Source: a bacterium
Lineage (GTDB): Bacteria; Bdellovibrionota_C; UBA2361; CALJRW01
Length of the DNA: 64,000 bases
Direction: 5' to 3'
Assembly: GCA_031385045.1 (NCBI GenBank)
Contig: JANNBC010000052.1
Location: 117,359 to 181,358, forward strand
Shown here piece by piece: positions 43,413 to 53,162 of this stretch. The notes beneath the pieces are model-generated. The model was not told the DNA's origin. It was given only the letters and a program-made list of their open reading frames with translations, and ran no database searches. The translations under genes and the position numbers were made by a program. The first letter of the stretch is position 1; each line of letters begins with the position of its first letter.

Positions 43413-43715
43413 TTAGGCTTCTAAAACGCCATAAACATCATCTTCTTTCATGATCAGTAATTCTTGCCCATCAATTTTGATTTCATTTCCAGAATATTTT
43501 CCAAAAATTACTGTATCACCAACTTTGACATCAACTGGACGGCAAGAACCATCTTCTGCAATACGTCCTTTGCCGATCGCAACAACTTGACCTTGTTGTG
43601 GTTTTTCCTGAGCAGAATCAGGGATGTATAAACCAGACTCAGTTTTTGAACTGTTATCTAGGCGCTTAACTAGGATACGTTCGCCAAGTGGTCGAATCTT
43701 TCCGTTTTTGCTCAT
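43413..43715 (-). CDS. groS: Co-chaperonin GroES
   Basis: IRPLGERILV, GLYIPDSAQEKP; directly upstream of groL. Confidence 0.98.
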   Translation of the reverse strand: MSKNGKIRPLGERILVKRLDNSSKTESGLYIPDSAQEKPQQGQVVAIGKGRIAEDGSCRPVDVKVGDTVIFGKYSGNEIKIDGQELLIMKEDDVYGVLEA

Positions 43716-43967
43716 TTTTGTCTCCTCTTAAATGTTTTTCAAAAAAATGAATTCATAAAAGCTTTACTATGAATAAAGCAATTAACTCCCAAAGTGTTGG
43801 GGGTATTCTTGCCGATGCTCAATCTTGATAAAATATCGGCAACGTACTTATGCGCATCATTAAATCAAAATTCAAGCATTAAAGACAACTTTTTTGCTAA
43901 TTTTACCTAGATTGTTTATTAATATCTCTCAGCAATTTCTAAAGTCTTAATTTAATTAACAATCTCT

Positions 43968-45131
43968 GTGGCAACTAAAAGCGCAAATAACTTCAATTAC
44001 TCCTTAAGAAACGATTTAATCCAGCAAATTATCGCCGAAGGGCTGGGGCAGGGGGTGTTTCCTGGATGTTGTCTATCTGTTGGTTCGAGAGGACAAACCC
44101 TGTTTCATAATGCTTACGGCACTTTTTTCCCGGAGTCTGAGCATGATAAAAACCAACGAGTTACTATTGATACCGTCTACGATTTGGGAACTCTAAGTTC
44201 CGTTATCGGCACAGTAACAACGATCTGGTCGCTAATTAATCAAAACTTTTTAAGCTTTGAAGATCAAGTGATTCGTTTTCAACAAAGTTTTTCCGTTCAT
44301 GGTAAAGCTGCAATTACTGTAGAAGATCTTTTATTTCATCTTTCTGGTTTAGCTTCTGAGCAAAATTATCACGAAGAAATTAGTAAAGATTCCCTAAATA
44401 AATCTTTAGGCTTAATGACGAGCCCGGGAGCTAAAGAATATGTGTATAACCGTATTAACCGGGCGCGCCTTCGATCCAAGCCTCATGAAGTACAAAGATT
44501 CAGCTCTGTTGGAATGATTTTACTTGGTCGGATTATTGAGAACTTAACAGGCAAGAGTTTAGATGATGCTGTTACTGAACATGTTTTTAAACCGCTGAAA
44601 TTAAATTCTACAGGCTATATAAATCTAAATCGATTAAAGACTGGTATTCGCACCGATTTAGAAAAAGTTGCGCCAACAGAAGATTGTGCTTGGAGAAAAA
44701 AACAACTTTGGGGTGAAGTACAAGATGATGTTGCTTGGTCGATGGGTGGAGTTGCTGGGCATGCTGGTATTTTCTCAACTGTGGAAGATCTTGGATTGTT
44801 TTGTGAAGAAATTTTAGCTGCCTATCGAGGTAACTCAGAATTAATTAAACCAGAAGTTTTACAACAGGCTTGGAGTTTAAACTCTGCCAATCAAGGCCTA
44901 CGGTATGTGGGTGGATGGGAGAAGGCTCACAAGGAAAACCAACTGTTAAATTGTGGTTTTAGCGAGCAAGCAATTGGTTTTTGTTCCAATAGTGGTTGTT
45001 TAATCTGGATTGATCCGGAAGTTGATTTGCATGTCGTTTTCCTTTCTAATGCGCATTGTCCGAGTCGTAATAATAAACGCATTATGAATTTCATGCCTCA
45101 GTTACTTAAAGCTATTCGCGAAAGTTTCTAA
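43968..45131 (+). CDS. Beta-lactamase-related serine hydrolase fold protein, catalytic motif degenerate
   Basis: LLFHLSGL, APTEDC.WR...GEVQD..A..MGGVAGHAGIFST; SxxK replaced by TLSS. Confidence 0.8.
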   Translation: MATKSANNFNYSLRNDLIQQIIAEGLGQGVFPGCCLSVGSRGQTLFHNAYGTFFPESEHDKNQRVTIDTVYDLGTLSSVIGTVTTIWSLINQNFLSFEDQVIRFQQSFSVHGKAAITVEDLLFHLSGLASEQNYHEEISKDSLNKSLGLMTSPGAKEYVYNRINRARLRSKPHEVQRFSSVGMILLGRIIENLTGKSLDDAVTEHVFKPLKLNSTGYINLNRLKTGIRTDLEKVAPTEDCAWRKKQLWGEVQDDVAWSMGGVAGHAGIFSTVEDLGLFCEEILAAYRGNSELIKPEVLQQAWSLNSANQGLRYVGGWEKAHKENQLLNCGFSEQAIGFCSNSGCLIWIDPEVDLHVVFLSNAHCPSRNNKRIMNFMPQLLKAIRESF

Positions 45132-45150
45132 GCAATAAATATTAAATAAG

Positions 45151-46221
45151 ATGTTAGATAAATTAGCTGAATTAGAAAGAAAATTTGAAAGTATTACAGA
45201 GAAACTTTATTCTCCAGAAGTAGGTTCTAATCCCGAATTATTACGAAAATATTCCAAAGAGCAAAAAGATCTGAGACCCTTGATCGAAACCTATCGTACT
45301 TACAAAGCTGCCGTTAATGAATTAAAGGATATCAAAGAATTACTTAATACTAGTAAGGATGCTGATATTATTGAAATGGCCAAAGAGGAGTTAAACCCAC
45401 TGGAAAATACTGTTGCCGAATTGGCCGAACAGTTAAGAGTCCTGTTAATCCCAAAAGATCCAAATGATGATAAAAATATTATCCTAGAAATTCGTGCTGG
45501 CGCTGGCGGAGATGAGTCAGGGATTTTTAGTGGAGATCTTTTTAAGATGTACACTCGCTATGCAGAAGGTCGTGGCTGGAAAGTTGAAGCCTTGTCTTTA
45601 AGCACTGCCTCGGCTGGTGGTTTTAAAGAAGTGATTGCCATGATTAGTGGGGAAGGGGCATATAGTCGTTTCAAGTTTGAGCGTGGTGTTCATCGTGTGC
45701 AACGTGTTCCTGACACTGAAACTCAGGGACGTATTCATACTTCGACTGTTACAGTTGCCATTCTTCCTGAAGCAGAAGACGTAGAAATTGATATTAATCA
45801 AAATGATTTAAGAATTGATGTTTATCGAGCTGGTGGACATGGTGGACAGAGCGTTAACACCACGGATTCTGCTGTTCGCATTACGCACTTACCAACAAAT
45901 ACTGTTGTTTGTATGCAGGATGAGAAATCACAGTTGAAAAACAAAGAAAAGGCGATGAAGATTCTTAAATCCAGATTATTGGAAGCCAAAGAAGCTGCCG
46001 CTCATGCCGAGCGAACGGCCGATCGTCGTTCACAAGTTGGGACAGGGGATCGTTCCGAGAAGATTCGAACTTACAATTATCCACAATCACGTATTACCGA
46101 TCATCGCATTGGTCTTTCTATTCACAGTATCGATCAGGTTATGAATGGTGATTTAGATCAACTCGTCGATCCACTTAACTCTCACTTTCAAGCAGAAGCT
46201 CTTAAGAACAATGAGAATTAA
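45151..46221 (+). CDS. prfA: Peptide chain release factor 1
   Basis: VQRVPDTE (PxT), GGQ, RSEKIRTYN. Confidence 0.97.
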   Translation: MLDKLAELERKFESITEKLYSPEVGSNPELLRKYSKEQKDLRPLIETYRTYKAAVNELKDIKELLNTSKDADIIEMAKEELNPLENTVAELAEQLRVLLIPKDPNDDKNIILEIRAGAGGDESGIFSGDLFKMYTRYAEGRGWKVEALSLSTASAGGFKEVIAMISGEGAYSRFKFERGVHRVQRVPDTETQGRIHTSTVTVAILPEAEDVEIDINQNDLRIDVYRAGGHGGQSVNTTDSAVRITHLPTNTVVCMQDEKSQLKNKEKAMKILKSRLLEAKEAAAHAERTADRRSQVGTGDRSEKIRTYNYPQSRITDHRIGLSIHSIDQVMNGDLDQLVDPLNSHFQAEALKNNEN

Positions 46222-46318
46222 TTATTATCTTATGACCGTAGGTCATAAGATAATAATTATCGCGCCAAAGCCTACTCAACCTTTAATATCTTGAGATATT
46301 AAAGAGGCAACGGCGGAT
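46219..46318. repeat. Perfect 19-bp hairpin over the prfA stop followed by a REP-like element with an inner hairpin
   Basis: taattattatcttatgacc-gta-ggtcataagataataatta, then cgccaaagcc...ctttaatatc-ttga-gatattaaag...ggcaacggcggat. Confidence 0.65.
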
Positions 46319-46420
46319 TGATCGCAAGAGGAAAGTTTAAGGTCGCTAACCATAAGAAAATAATTATCCAACCACTCGCATACTATGCTATGATCAACAA
46401 ACACATCTGATATTCATAAA

Positions 46421-46840
46421 ATGTCCAACCAGACCAACATGCATCCCAGTCAAAAAATCGTCCTAATCGATGGAGTCTGTAACCTTTGTGTAGCCGTAGT
46501 TCACTTCATTCTCAAAAACGAAAAAACTCAAGATATTAAATTTGCTAGTATTCAAGATCAAATTGGAGCCGAGTTAATGCAAATACATGGCCTGACTAAA
46601 AATGATTTAAGCTCAATTGTTTTCATCAAGAATAATCAAGCTTATCAATTCTCCAATGCTGTTTTGGAAATCAGCCAGGATTTAAAAGCTCCTTGGTATT
46701 TAATTAGTTATTTTAAGTTTCTACCTAAACCAATTCGTGATTTTTTTTATCGCTTAGTCGCTAAGAATCGGTATCAGATTTTTGGTAGAAAAGATTCTTG
46801 CTTTATGCCAACTCCGGAACTCCAAGAAAGATTTATCTAA
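46421..46840 (+). CDS. DCC1/YuxK-like thiol-disulfide oxidoreductase
   Basis: DGVCNLC (DxxCxxC), RDFFYRLVAKNRYQIFG. Confidence 0.9.
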   Translation: MSNQTNMHPSQKIVLIDGVCNLCVAVVHFILKNEKTQDIKFASIQDQIGAELMQIHGLTKNDLSSIVFIKNNQAYQFSNAVLEISQDLKAPWYLISYFKFLPKPIRDFFYRLVAKNRYQIFGRKDSCFMPTPELQERFI

Positions 46841-47694
46841 TGAATTCCTTAGAAGTAATTAATCAAACAAGCAAGTTACTGTCGATCTCAACAACACCAC
46901 GTCTTGATGTTGAAATTTTATTAGCGCATGTCCTAAACCTTAGTCGTACTCAATTAATAATTGATGGTCGAAGAAATATTACTTCTAAAGAATATAAAAG
47001 TTTCATGGATTTAGTTGAAAAACGTAATCAGGGACTGCCAGTTGCCTATTTGCTTGGGAGCAAAGAATTCTGGGGCTTGGAATTTAAAGTTAGTCCCGCC
47101 GTTTTAGTGCCTCGTCCTGAAACTGAACATTTAGTGGAGCGAACTTTAGAAATTATTAAAGACAGTCCGTTATCTAAAATTAAGATTTTAGAGCTAGGAA
47201 CTGGAACAGGTTGCATCGCAATTAGTCTTGCGAGTGAACTACAAAAGTCCAAAGTTGAATTTGAAATTCTTGCTGTAGATTTTTCGAATGAAGCCTTGAA
47301 CGTCGCTAAAGAAAATTATCAAAAACTTATTTCAAGTCTGCCAGTTAGGTTTATTCATTCTAATTGGTTTCAAAGTGTTGAAGTGCAGAAGTTTGATCTG
47401 ATAATTAGTAATCCTCCCTATGTCAATGCAGATTTGCCTGATTTATCGCCTGAATTACGCTATGAACCTGCCAGTGCTTTGTATTCGAGCAATTTAGGTT
47501 TGGCCGACATTTTTGAGATTATTCAAAATACACCTAGGTATTTGAGTTCTCAGGGGACATTGCTAATAGAGATTGGATCAGAGCAAAGAGCCTTATTAGA
47601 AGACCATTTGCGGTCTATTAATGCTCAGGCTAAAATAGATTTTATCCAAGATCTTGCTGGGATGGATCGAATTATAGAAATAAAATTTACATGA
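46840..47694 (+). CDS. prmC: Release factor glutamine methyltransferase (start probably ATG 46840)
   Basis: LVPRPETE, LELGTGTG, SNPPY, DLAGMDR; near prfA. Confidence 0.93.
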   Translation: MNSLEVINQTSKLLSISTTPRLDVEILLAHVLNLSRTQLIIDGRRNITSKEYKSFMDLVEKRNQGLPVAYLLGSKEFWGLEFKVSPAVLVPRPETEHLVERTLEIIKDSPLSKIKILELGTGTGCIAISLASELQKSKVEFEILAVDFSNEALNVAKENYQKLISSLPVRFIHSNWFQSVEVQKFDLIISNPPYVNADLPDLSPELRYEPASALYSSNLGLADIFEIIQNTPRYLSSQGTLLIEIGSEQRALLEDHLRSINAQAKIDFIQDLAGMDRIIEIKFT

Positions 47695-48224
47695 AAGCTA
47701 CAGAGAGAGATTTTTTACAAATAGCCTATCTCCATAAAAAATTGGGAATTGCCGAAGATTATGCGGAAGCTCGTTTGCTAGTTCCGTTTAGTGAAGCAAC
47801 AGAATTGGTGAAAGTGGAAAATGATTTAGACCCAAGATGTTTCTATTTAGCACCAGATGCCAAAATTGCTCTTAGTCATATGCAAGAAGCAGCGCACAAT
47901 GAGCAAATCGATTTACAAGTATATTCTGGATTTAGATCTTACGAGTATCAAAAACGACTAATTGAAGATCGAGTGAATAATGGAGAACCAATAGAAAGAG
48001 TTCTGAGTTACTTGGCAGCGCCTGGATTTTCTGAGCATCATACTGGTTTAGCAATCGATCTCACTACAAGTGGGTGTACTGCTGGTTGTGAAGAGTTTGA
48101 AGCAACGGAAGCTTTTAAATGGCTAGAGGCAAACGCTGATAAATTTAATTTTAAAATGAGTTATCCGCGCAATAATCCTTGGGGGTTTGTGTATGAACCT
48201 TGGCATTGGGCCTATCAAACCTAA
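47691..48224 (+). CDS. M15B D-Ala-D-Ala carboxypeptidase (VanY-like)
   Basis: SGFRSYEYQ, SEHHTGLAID, EPWHW. Confidence 0.9.
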   Translation: MKATERDFLQIAYLHKKLGIAEDYAEARLLVPFSEATELVKVENDLDPRCFYLAPDAKIALSHMQEAAHNEQIDLQVYSGFRSYEYQKRLIEDRVNNGEPIERVLSYLAAPGFSEHHTGLAIDLTTSGCTAGCEEFEATEAFKWLEANADKFNFKMSYPRNNPWGFVYEPWHWAYQT

Positions 48225-48227
48225 TTT

Positions 48228-48818
48228 CTAATAACCTAAACCTAAATCTAGTTCTTGAGTGGGTATCAAACGTTGATATGGTTCAAGTTGAAGCTTTAAC
48301 TCAGGGAGAAAGTTAGCGTAAAGTTCAAAGCCCTTAGTAACTGCTTCTAACTCATTAGGAAACATTCGCATTTCACCTGCGGGCACTCCTGTTGTTTTAT
48401 GCGATTTCTTTAAGATTTGAATCTCTGTTGGATTGGTGCACAATAAGACTCGACCAACATCAGCGCCTTTAACAACAATTTCTAAAACTTCTTCGGCACT
48501 AAGTGTGGTGATTTTTAATCCATAGGTGATTACAGTTTTTTCAGGTTGTTTAATTACTGTTAGCTCTTTCCAGCCATCTTCATTTGCAGCCACTAAATTT
48601 TTCAAGGCTAGACCGATTTCTTCTTCGACTTTGCTAAGTAGAGCAACCTTAAAGCCATCTCGATTAGGTAAGGAACATTCATCTAGAGTTAATTTCCCAT
48701 GTGCTAATACTTGAGTTCTGCGAGCAAAGGAGTCTGCATCTGTCCGCTGTGAAAGTAAAGCTGATAATTCACCATTTTGATTATTTGCAAAAAGGACTAT
48801 TCCAACTGCATTAGCCAT
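48228..48818 (-). CDS. Hypothetical protein (weak Nudix-like look)
   Basis: 196-aa ORF; ALLSKVEEEIG resembles a degenerate Nudix box. Confidence 0.5.
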   Translation of the reverse strand: MANAVGIVLFANNQNGELSALLSQRTDADSFARRTQVLAHGKLTLDECSLPNRDGFKVALLSKVEEEIGLALKNLVAANEDGWKELTVIKQPEKTVITYGLKITTLSAEEVLEIVVKGADVGRVLLCTNPTEIQILKKSHKTTGVPAGEMRMFPNELEAVTKGFELYANFLPELKLQLEPYQRLIPTQELDLGLGY

Positions 48819-48860
48819 TTCAATTTTTAAAATAAAATTAATTTACACTGAAATTATTTA

Positions 48861-49529
48861 CTATAACTCATCATCATTAACTTCTTTTAGACCACTAGGA
48901 GTATAGCGTTTAACAAAATCATCACAAGATTCTGTAAATGCTTGTAAGATAATTCCATTTGGTTTTAGAATTCTCTGAAAATGTTCCGTGAGATTTTCTT
49001 TTAACTTCTTCCATGAGACTCCTTTTTCAAGAAATGATTTAATAGCCTCAGTTGTTGGAAAGCCATCCATATGACAGGCATCAACACTGCCAGTTGGTAT
49101 AAATCCTAGGGCATTAAGGACAGTTAAGTCGATTTGAAAAGATTCAAATTTTTCATCAGTTTGTTTTGCGAAATCAATTCCAATAACATTTGCTCCCAGT
49201 TCTAGTAGTAGTCGTGGCATCCAAGGGTCATAGGCTTTATGAGAGTTTTTTTCATAATTTCGAGAGCCACAAGCTAGATCTAAGATCGTTTTCCCCCGAA
49301 GTTCATCTAAGTTTGGATAAGCATTTTTTAAAGTATCTAAATGTCTAAGTATGTGACTTTGGCATGATTTAAAATTGCTGTCAGAGATTTCTGGATAATA
49401 TTTTTCAATTAAGTTGAGAACAATTCGATATTCGGAAGTGCTTCGAAGTTGCACATCTACCTTTGGCGCTGTTGGTAATGCACCTGTAGTACTTAAATCA
49501 ATTTTTCCAGATTGAGCTATTGGTTTCAT
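48861..49529 (-). CDS. Class I SAM-dependent methyltransferase-like protein
   Basis: ILDLACGS, VIGID, RILKPNG. Confidence 0.7.
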   Translation of the reverse strand: MKPIAQSGKIDLSTTGALPTAPKVDVQLRSTSEYRIVLNLIEKYYPEISDSNFKSCQSHILRHLDTLKNAYPNLDELRGKTILDLACGSRNYEKNSHKAYDPWMPRLLLELGANVIGIDFAKQTDEKFESFQIDLTVLNALGFIPTGSVDACHMDGFPTTEAIKSFLEKGVSWKKLKENLTEHFQRILKPNGIILQAFTESCDDFVKRYTPSGLKEVNDDEL

Positions 49530-49608
49530 GGCACTTAGTTAATTCACATAAGTTATGGAATTAACTAGTAAATGTGTGTTGGAATTTAACTCGTTTTATG
49601 AGAGTAAC

Positions 49609-49911
49609 TTATCTTAAGCTTAACTTGTTAATAATACTCATCATAATTTGAAACTTTGAGCTTAGAAATTCAATGGCAGATTGCAGGGCAACAGTTAAGG
49701 TTTGGTATTTGTCTTGAGCTTTGGCAATATCAGCTTGATTGCCACTGGCTAAAGCATCAAAGTAGGATTTCTTAGCTGTTTCTAAGTTATTACCAATTTT
49801 ATCAAAGATTTTACCATCTTGTTTAACGCTCTGATTAATATTTTTAATTAAATCCTCACCATTATATTGATAGTTTGTGATTTGATTAGGGCCAATGCCA
49901 GAAATATCCAT
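49609..49911 (-). CDS. Small helical hypothetical protein
   Basis: 100-aa ORF with a strong AAGGAG RBS. Confidence 0.7.
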   Translation of the reverse strand: MDISGIGPNQITNYQYNGEDLIKNINQSVKQDGKIFDKIGNNLETAKKSYFDALASGNQADIAKAQDKYQTLTVALQSAIEFLSSKFQIMMSIINKLSLR

Positions 49912-50115
49912 AATTATTCTCCTTGCTCTAAATGTTCGAATTTCCTAATTTATCGTGGAAAATATTGAAGAGTTGTCTATCAATTTTTTCTTCCCTTGGG
50001 GGAGGGATTAAATATTTTAGTTATAAGTTGTAATTCTGGGCCGACCAAAAGGGGAGAATGACTTTTATTTCATCTTTCACTATATTACCCCTGATTTTGT
50101 TATTTCAAATTTAAC

Positions 50116-51354
50116 ATGGAAAAAAGACGCGTTGTTATTACTGGTATTGGAATGGTTACTCCTTTGGGTAATTCTACTAAGGAATCTTGGGATTCTGCGG
50201 TATCAGGGAAGTCGGGGATAGCTAGGATTACGCAATTCGACCCTTCGCCATTTGCTGCGCAAATCGCTGGAGAAGTAAAAGGCTTCAATATTGAAGATTA
50301 CATGGATCGAAAAGACGCTAAGCGTTTAGATCGATTCTCGCAACTAGCCATCGGAGCTTCTGATGAAGCTTGGAAAGATTCTGGATTATCAGCAGAAACA
50401 TATCCAATGGAAAAATTTGGTTGTATCGTTGGTTCTGGTGTTGGTGGACTTAAGACACTAGAAGAAAACTATGAAATTTTCCGCACCTCTGGGCCGCGTC
50501 GGATTTCTCCGTTTCTAATTCCAGCAATGTTAGATAACTTATCTGCCGGGCACATTGCCATTCGTTTTGGTTTGAAAGGTGTGAACTTTATTACTAGTAG
50601 TGCTTGTACTTCAGCATCTCACGCGATGGGTGAATCAGCGAGAATGATTGCTTATGGCATGCAGGAAGCCATGGTCACTGGTGGTTGTGAAAGCACAGTT
50701 ACATACTTAGGTATTGGTGGTTTTGCTGCCATGAAAGCTTTATCAACTCGTAATGATGAACCAGAAAAAGCGTCTCGTCCATTTGATGTTGATCGTGATG
50801 GTTTCATTATGGGAGAGGGCGCAGTGATGTTTGTCCTTGAGTCATTAGATAGTGCTAAAAAACGTGGTGCTAAGATTTACGCCGAAGTTATTGGGTATGG
50901 AGTTTCTTGTGATGCCAGCCATATTACTGCTCCAAGTGGAGTAGGTGCTGAAAGTTGCATGAAATATGCTATCGCTGATGCTGGTTTAAACATTACTGAC
51001 ATCGATTATGTAAATGCTCATGGAACCTCAACGCCAGTTGGGGATGCGCAGGAAACAAAAGCAATTAAAAATGTTTTCAATGATTATGCTAAAAATGGCC
51101 TCCTAGTCAGCTCTACAAAATCAATGACTGGTCATTTACTTGGTGCTGCTGGAGCAATCGAAGCAGCTTTCTGTGCTCTAATGTTAGAACATCAAGTTGT
51201 TCTTCCAACAATTAACCTTGATAATCCGGATCCTGCTTGTGATTTAGATTATGTTCCGCATGAAGCGCGCCAAGCGAAACTTAAAAACGTCCTTTCCAAT
51301 TCCTTTGGTTTTGGTGGAACTAATGCCAGTCTCGTCCTTCAAAAAATGGATTAA
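50116..51354 (+). CDS. fabF: Beta-ketoacyl-ACP synthase II
   Basis: RRVVITGIG, SACTS, NAHGTST, STKSMTGHLLGAAG, NSFGFGG. Confidence 0.97.
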   Translation: MEKRRVVITGIGMVTPLGNSTKESWDSAVSGKSGIARITQFDPSPFAAQIAGEVKGFNIEDYMDRKDAKRLDRFSQLAIGASDEAWKDSGLSAETYPMEKFGCIVGSGVGGLKTLEENYEIFRTSGPRRISPFLIPAMLDNLSAGHIAIRFGLKGVNFITSSACTSASHAMGESARMIAYGMQEAMVTGGCESTVTYLGIGGFAAMKALSTRNDEPEKASRPFDVDRDGFIMGEGAVMFVLESLDSAKKRGAKIYAEVIGYGVSCDASHITAPSGVGAESCMKYAIADAGLNITDIDYVNAHGTSTPVGDAQETKAIKNVFNDYAKNGLLVSSTKSMTGHLLGAAGAIEAAFCALMLEHQVVLPTINLDNPDPACDLDYVPHEARQAKLKNVLSNSFGFGGTNASLVLQKMD

Positions 51355-52682
51355 TGGATAAAAAAGCTACGCGACAGATTGTTAAGCCAAAAACTTTAGC
51401 TGGGTTTCAGGATCTTCTGCCAGCGGATGCTTTGGCTCAGGATCAGTTAATTGATCAAATTAAAACAATCTTTCATAGCTTTGGATTTAGTCCGATTCAA
51501 ACTCCTCACTTAGAATATAGTGAAATGCTCTTGTCAGAATCCGATGGAGAAATTGGCAAACAGCTTTTTCGTTTTCAAGACAATGGCGACCGTGATGTTT
51601 GTTTGCGTTATGATTTAACTGTTCCTTTAGCCCGCTTTGTTGTGGAGCATTTAAAAGAAATTGGTTTGCCGTTTAAGCGTTATGCCATTGGCAGTTGCTT
51701 TCGAGGAGAGCGTCCACAACAAGGACGGTTTCGGGAATTTACTCAATGTGATTTTGACATTCTAGGCGTTGATTCAGTTTTTGCTGATCTAGAAATTCTT
51801 CAAGTAATTGCTTCCGGTTTTGAAAAGCTAGGCTTAAAATTTATCTTAAAATTAAATAGTCGAGAATTACTCAATTCTTTTATCTCCATGATTGGCTTAG
51901 CGGATTTAGCAGTAGATTTCATCCGTCACTTAGATAAGAAAAATAAAATTGATGCTGAGAAATTCGAGCAAGGATTAGTGGAGTTAGGATGTAATCCAAA
52001 ACAATTAGAGCAAGTAAATCTTTACTTAAGTTATGGCCATAAGTCTAAATCTAATATCGAATTAATTGATAATTTAGCTACGATTCCTGGAGCCTCGGCG
52101 CAATTTTTAATAGCCTTAAAAAACACTAAAGATTTATGCCTATTAGCTAACCAAACAAATATTAAAGAGCACTTAGTGCTAGATCTCTCTCTGGCTAGAG
52201 GATTTGGTTATTATACCGGACACGTTTTTGAAACTGTTCTAGTTGATGTCCCAGAAGTTGGTAGTGTAGCCGGCGGTGGACGGTATAATAATCTTACTCA
52301 AAATTTTTCTAAAGAATTAATTCCGGGAGTTGGTGCTTCTTTTGGAGTTTCCCGAATTTTGTTTGCCTTAAATAAATTAAATACGAACCAACAATTAACC
52401 TCTGCTGATTTGTTAGTAGCAAATTTAGATTTAGAAGTTGCTTCACAAGTTATCGAATTAGCTTCAAATCTTCGCGCTGAAGGATTTCGAGTAGAACTTT
52501 ATCCGGAAGTCACTAAATTAAAAAAGCAATTGCAATTTGCGGATCGTAAAAAAATTGCTTATTTGTTGATTTGTGGCGCGACAGAAGTTGCTAATAAAAA
52601 CTTCATTGTAAAAAATCTTCAGACAGGGGAGCAGTCTGAGGTAAAAAACATCCTGGAAGCAATCAAAGTGCTTCGTTCTTAA
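51354..52682 (+). CDS. hisS: Histidine--tRNA ligase
   Basis: LRYDLTVPLAR, RGERPQQGRFREFTQCD, RGFGYYTG, GGGRY. Confidence 0.96.
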   Translation: MDKKATRQIVKPKTLAGFQDLLPADALAQDQLIDQIKTIFHSFGFSPIQTPHLEYSEMLLSESDGEIGKQLFRFQDNGDRDVCLRYDLTVPLARFVVEHLKEIGLPFKRYAIGSCFRGERPQQGRFREFTQCDFDILGVDSVFADLEILQVIASGFEKLGLKFILKLNSRELLNSFISMIGLADLAVDFIRHLDKKNKIDAEKFEQGLVELGCNPKQLEQVNLYLSYGHKSKSNIELIDNLATIPGASAQFLIALKNTKDLCLLANQTNIKEHLVLDLSLARGFGYYTGHVFETVLVDVPEVGSVAGGGRYNNLTQNFSKELIPGVGASFGVSRILFALNKLNTNQQLTSADLLVANLDLEVASQVIELASNLRAEGFRVELYPEVTKLKKQLQFADRKKIAYLLICGATEVANKNFIVKNLQTGEQSEVKNILEAIKVLRS

Positions 52683-52948
52683 ATTGAATAATCAGCGTTT
52701 TTCATCGCATTTGCTAAGAAGTGAATGCCAGCGACTGTTAAGCGGTAATTTGTACCATCTTTTGACGCCATTAATCTTGCAGAGTCAGTTAAGTTAACAG
52801 TATAAAAATCTGTGGCCTTGGGATCAAAGACTGATACATAGACGGCACCATCTTCACTTACTACGGGGAAATAGCCGGTTTCTTTAATAAGCGCTTTAAC
52901 TCCCTCCAGTGAGTTTGTATGTTTTGAAAATACTGGACCTAAAAGCAT
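52679..52948 (-). CDS. Hypothetical protein
   Basis: 89-aa ORF; no motif recognised. Confidence 0.4.
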   Translation of the reverse strand: MLLGPVFSKHTNSLEGVKALIKETGYFPVVSEDGAVYVSVFDPKATDFYTVNLTDSARLMASKDGTNYRLTVAGIHFLANAMKNADYSI

Positions 52949-53162
52949 TGTGAGAAATTATCAAAATAAATATTTCAAATAGTTATGCTGAGATCCGTTC
53001 ATGTGGTGCATTTACATAGCTAGCGAATATTTCTAAGATTCCAGTTCAATTAAAAGACAAAATCGCTCGTGGAGCAAAATGGCCAGAATGCCCGATGGGA
53101 TTAGGAGCAGGCCTTGCCCTCAAGGCCATCTAATTAGGTTTGTTGTTTAGTTTTAGGGTATT

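Noticed and set aside
43716..43967. CIRCE operator upstream of groES
   Set aside because: No TTAGCACTC-N9-GAGTGCTAA match seen; only a short TTGCCGAT/ATCGGCAA inverted repeat.
53040..53135. GC-richer intergenic patch with a GGCCTTG/CAAGGCC hairpin as a possible sRNA
   Set aside because: Single short stem, with no second copy or covariation to support it.
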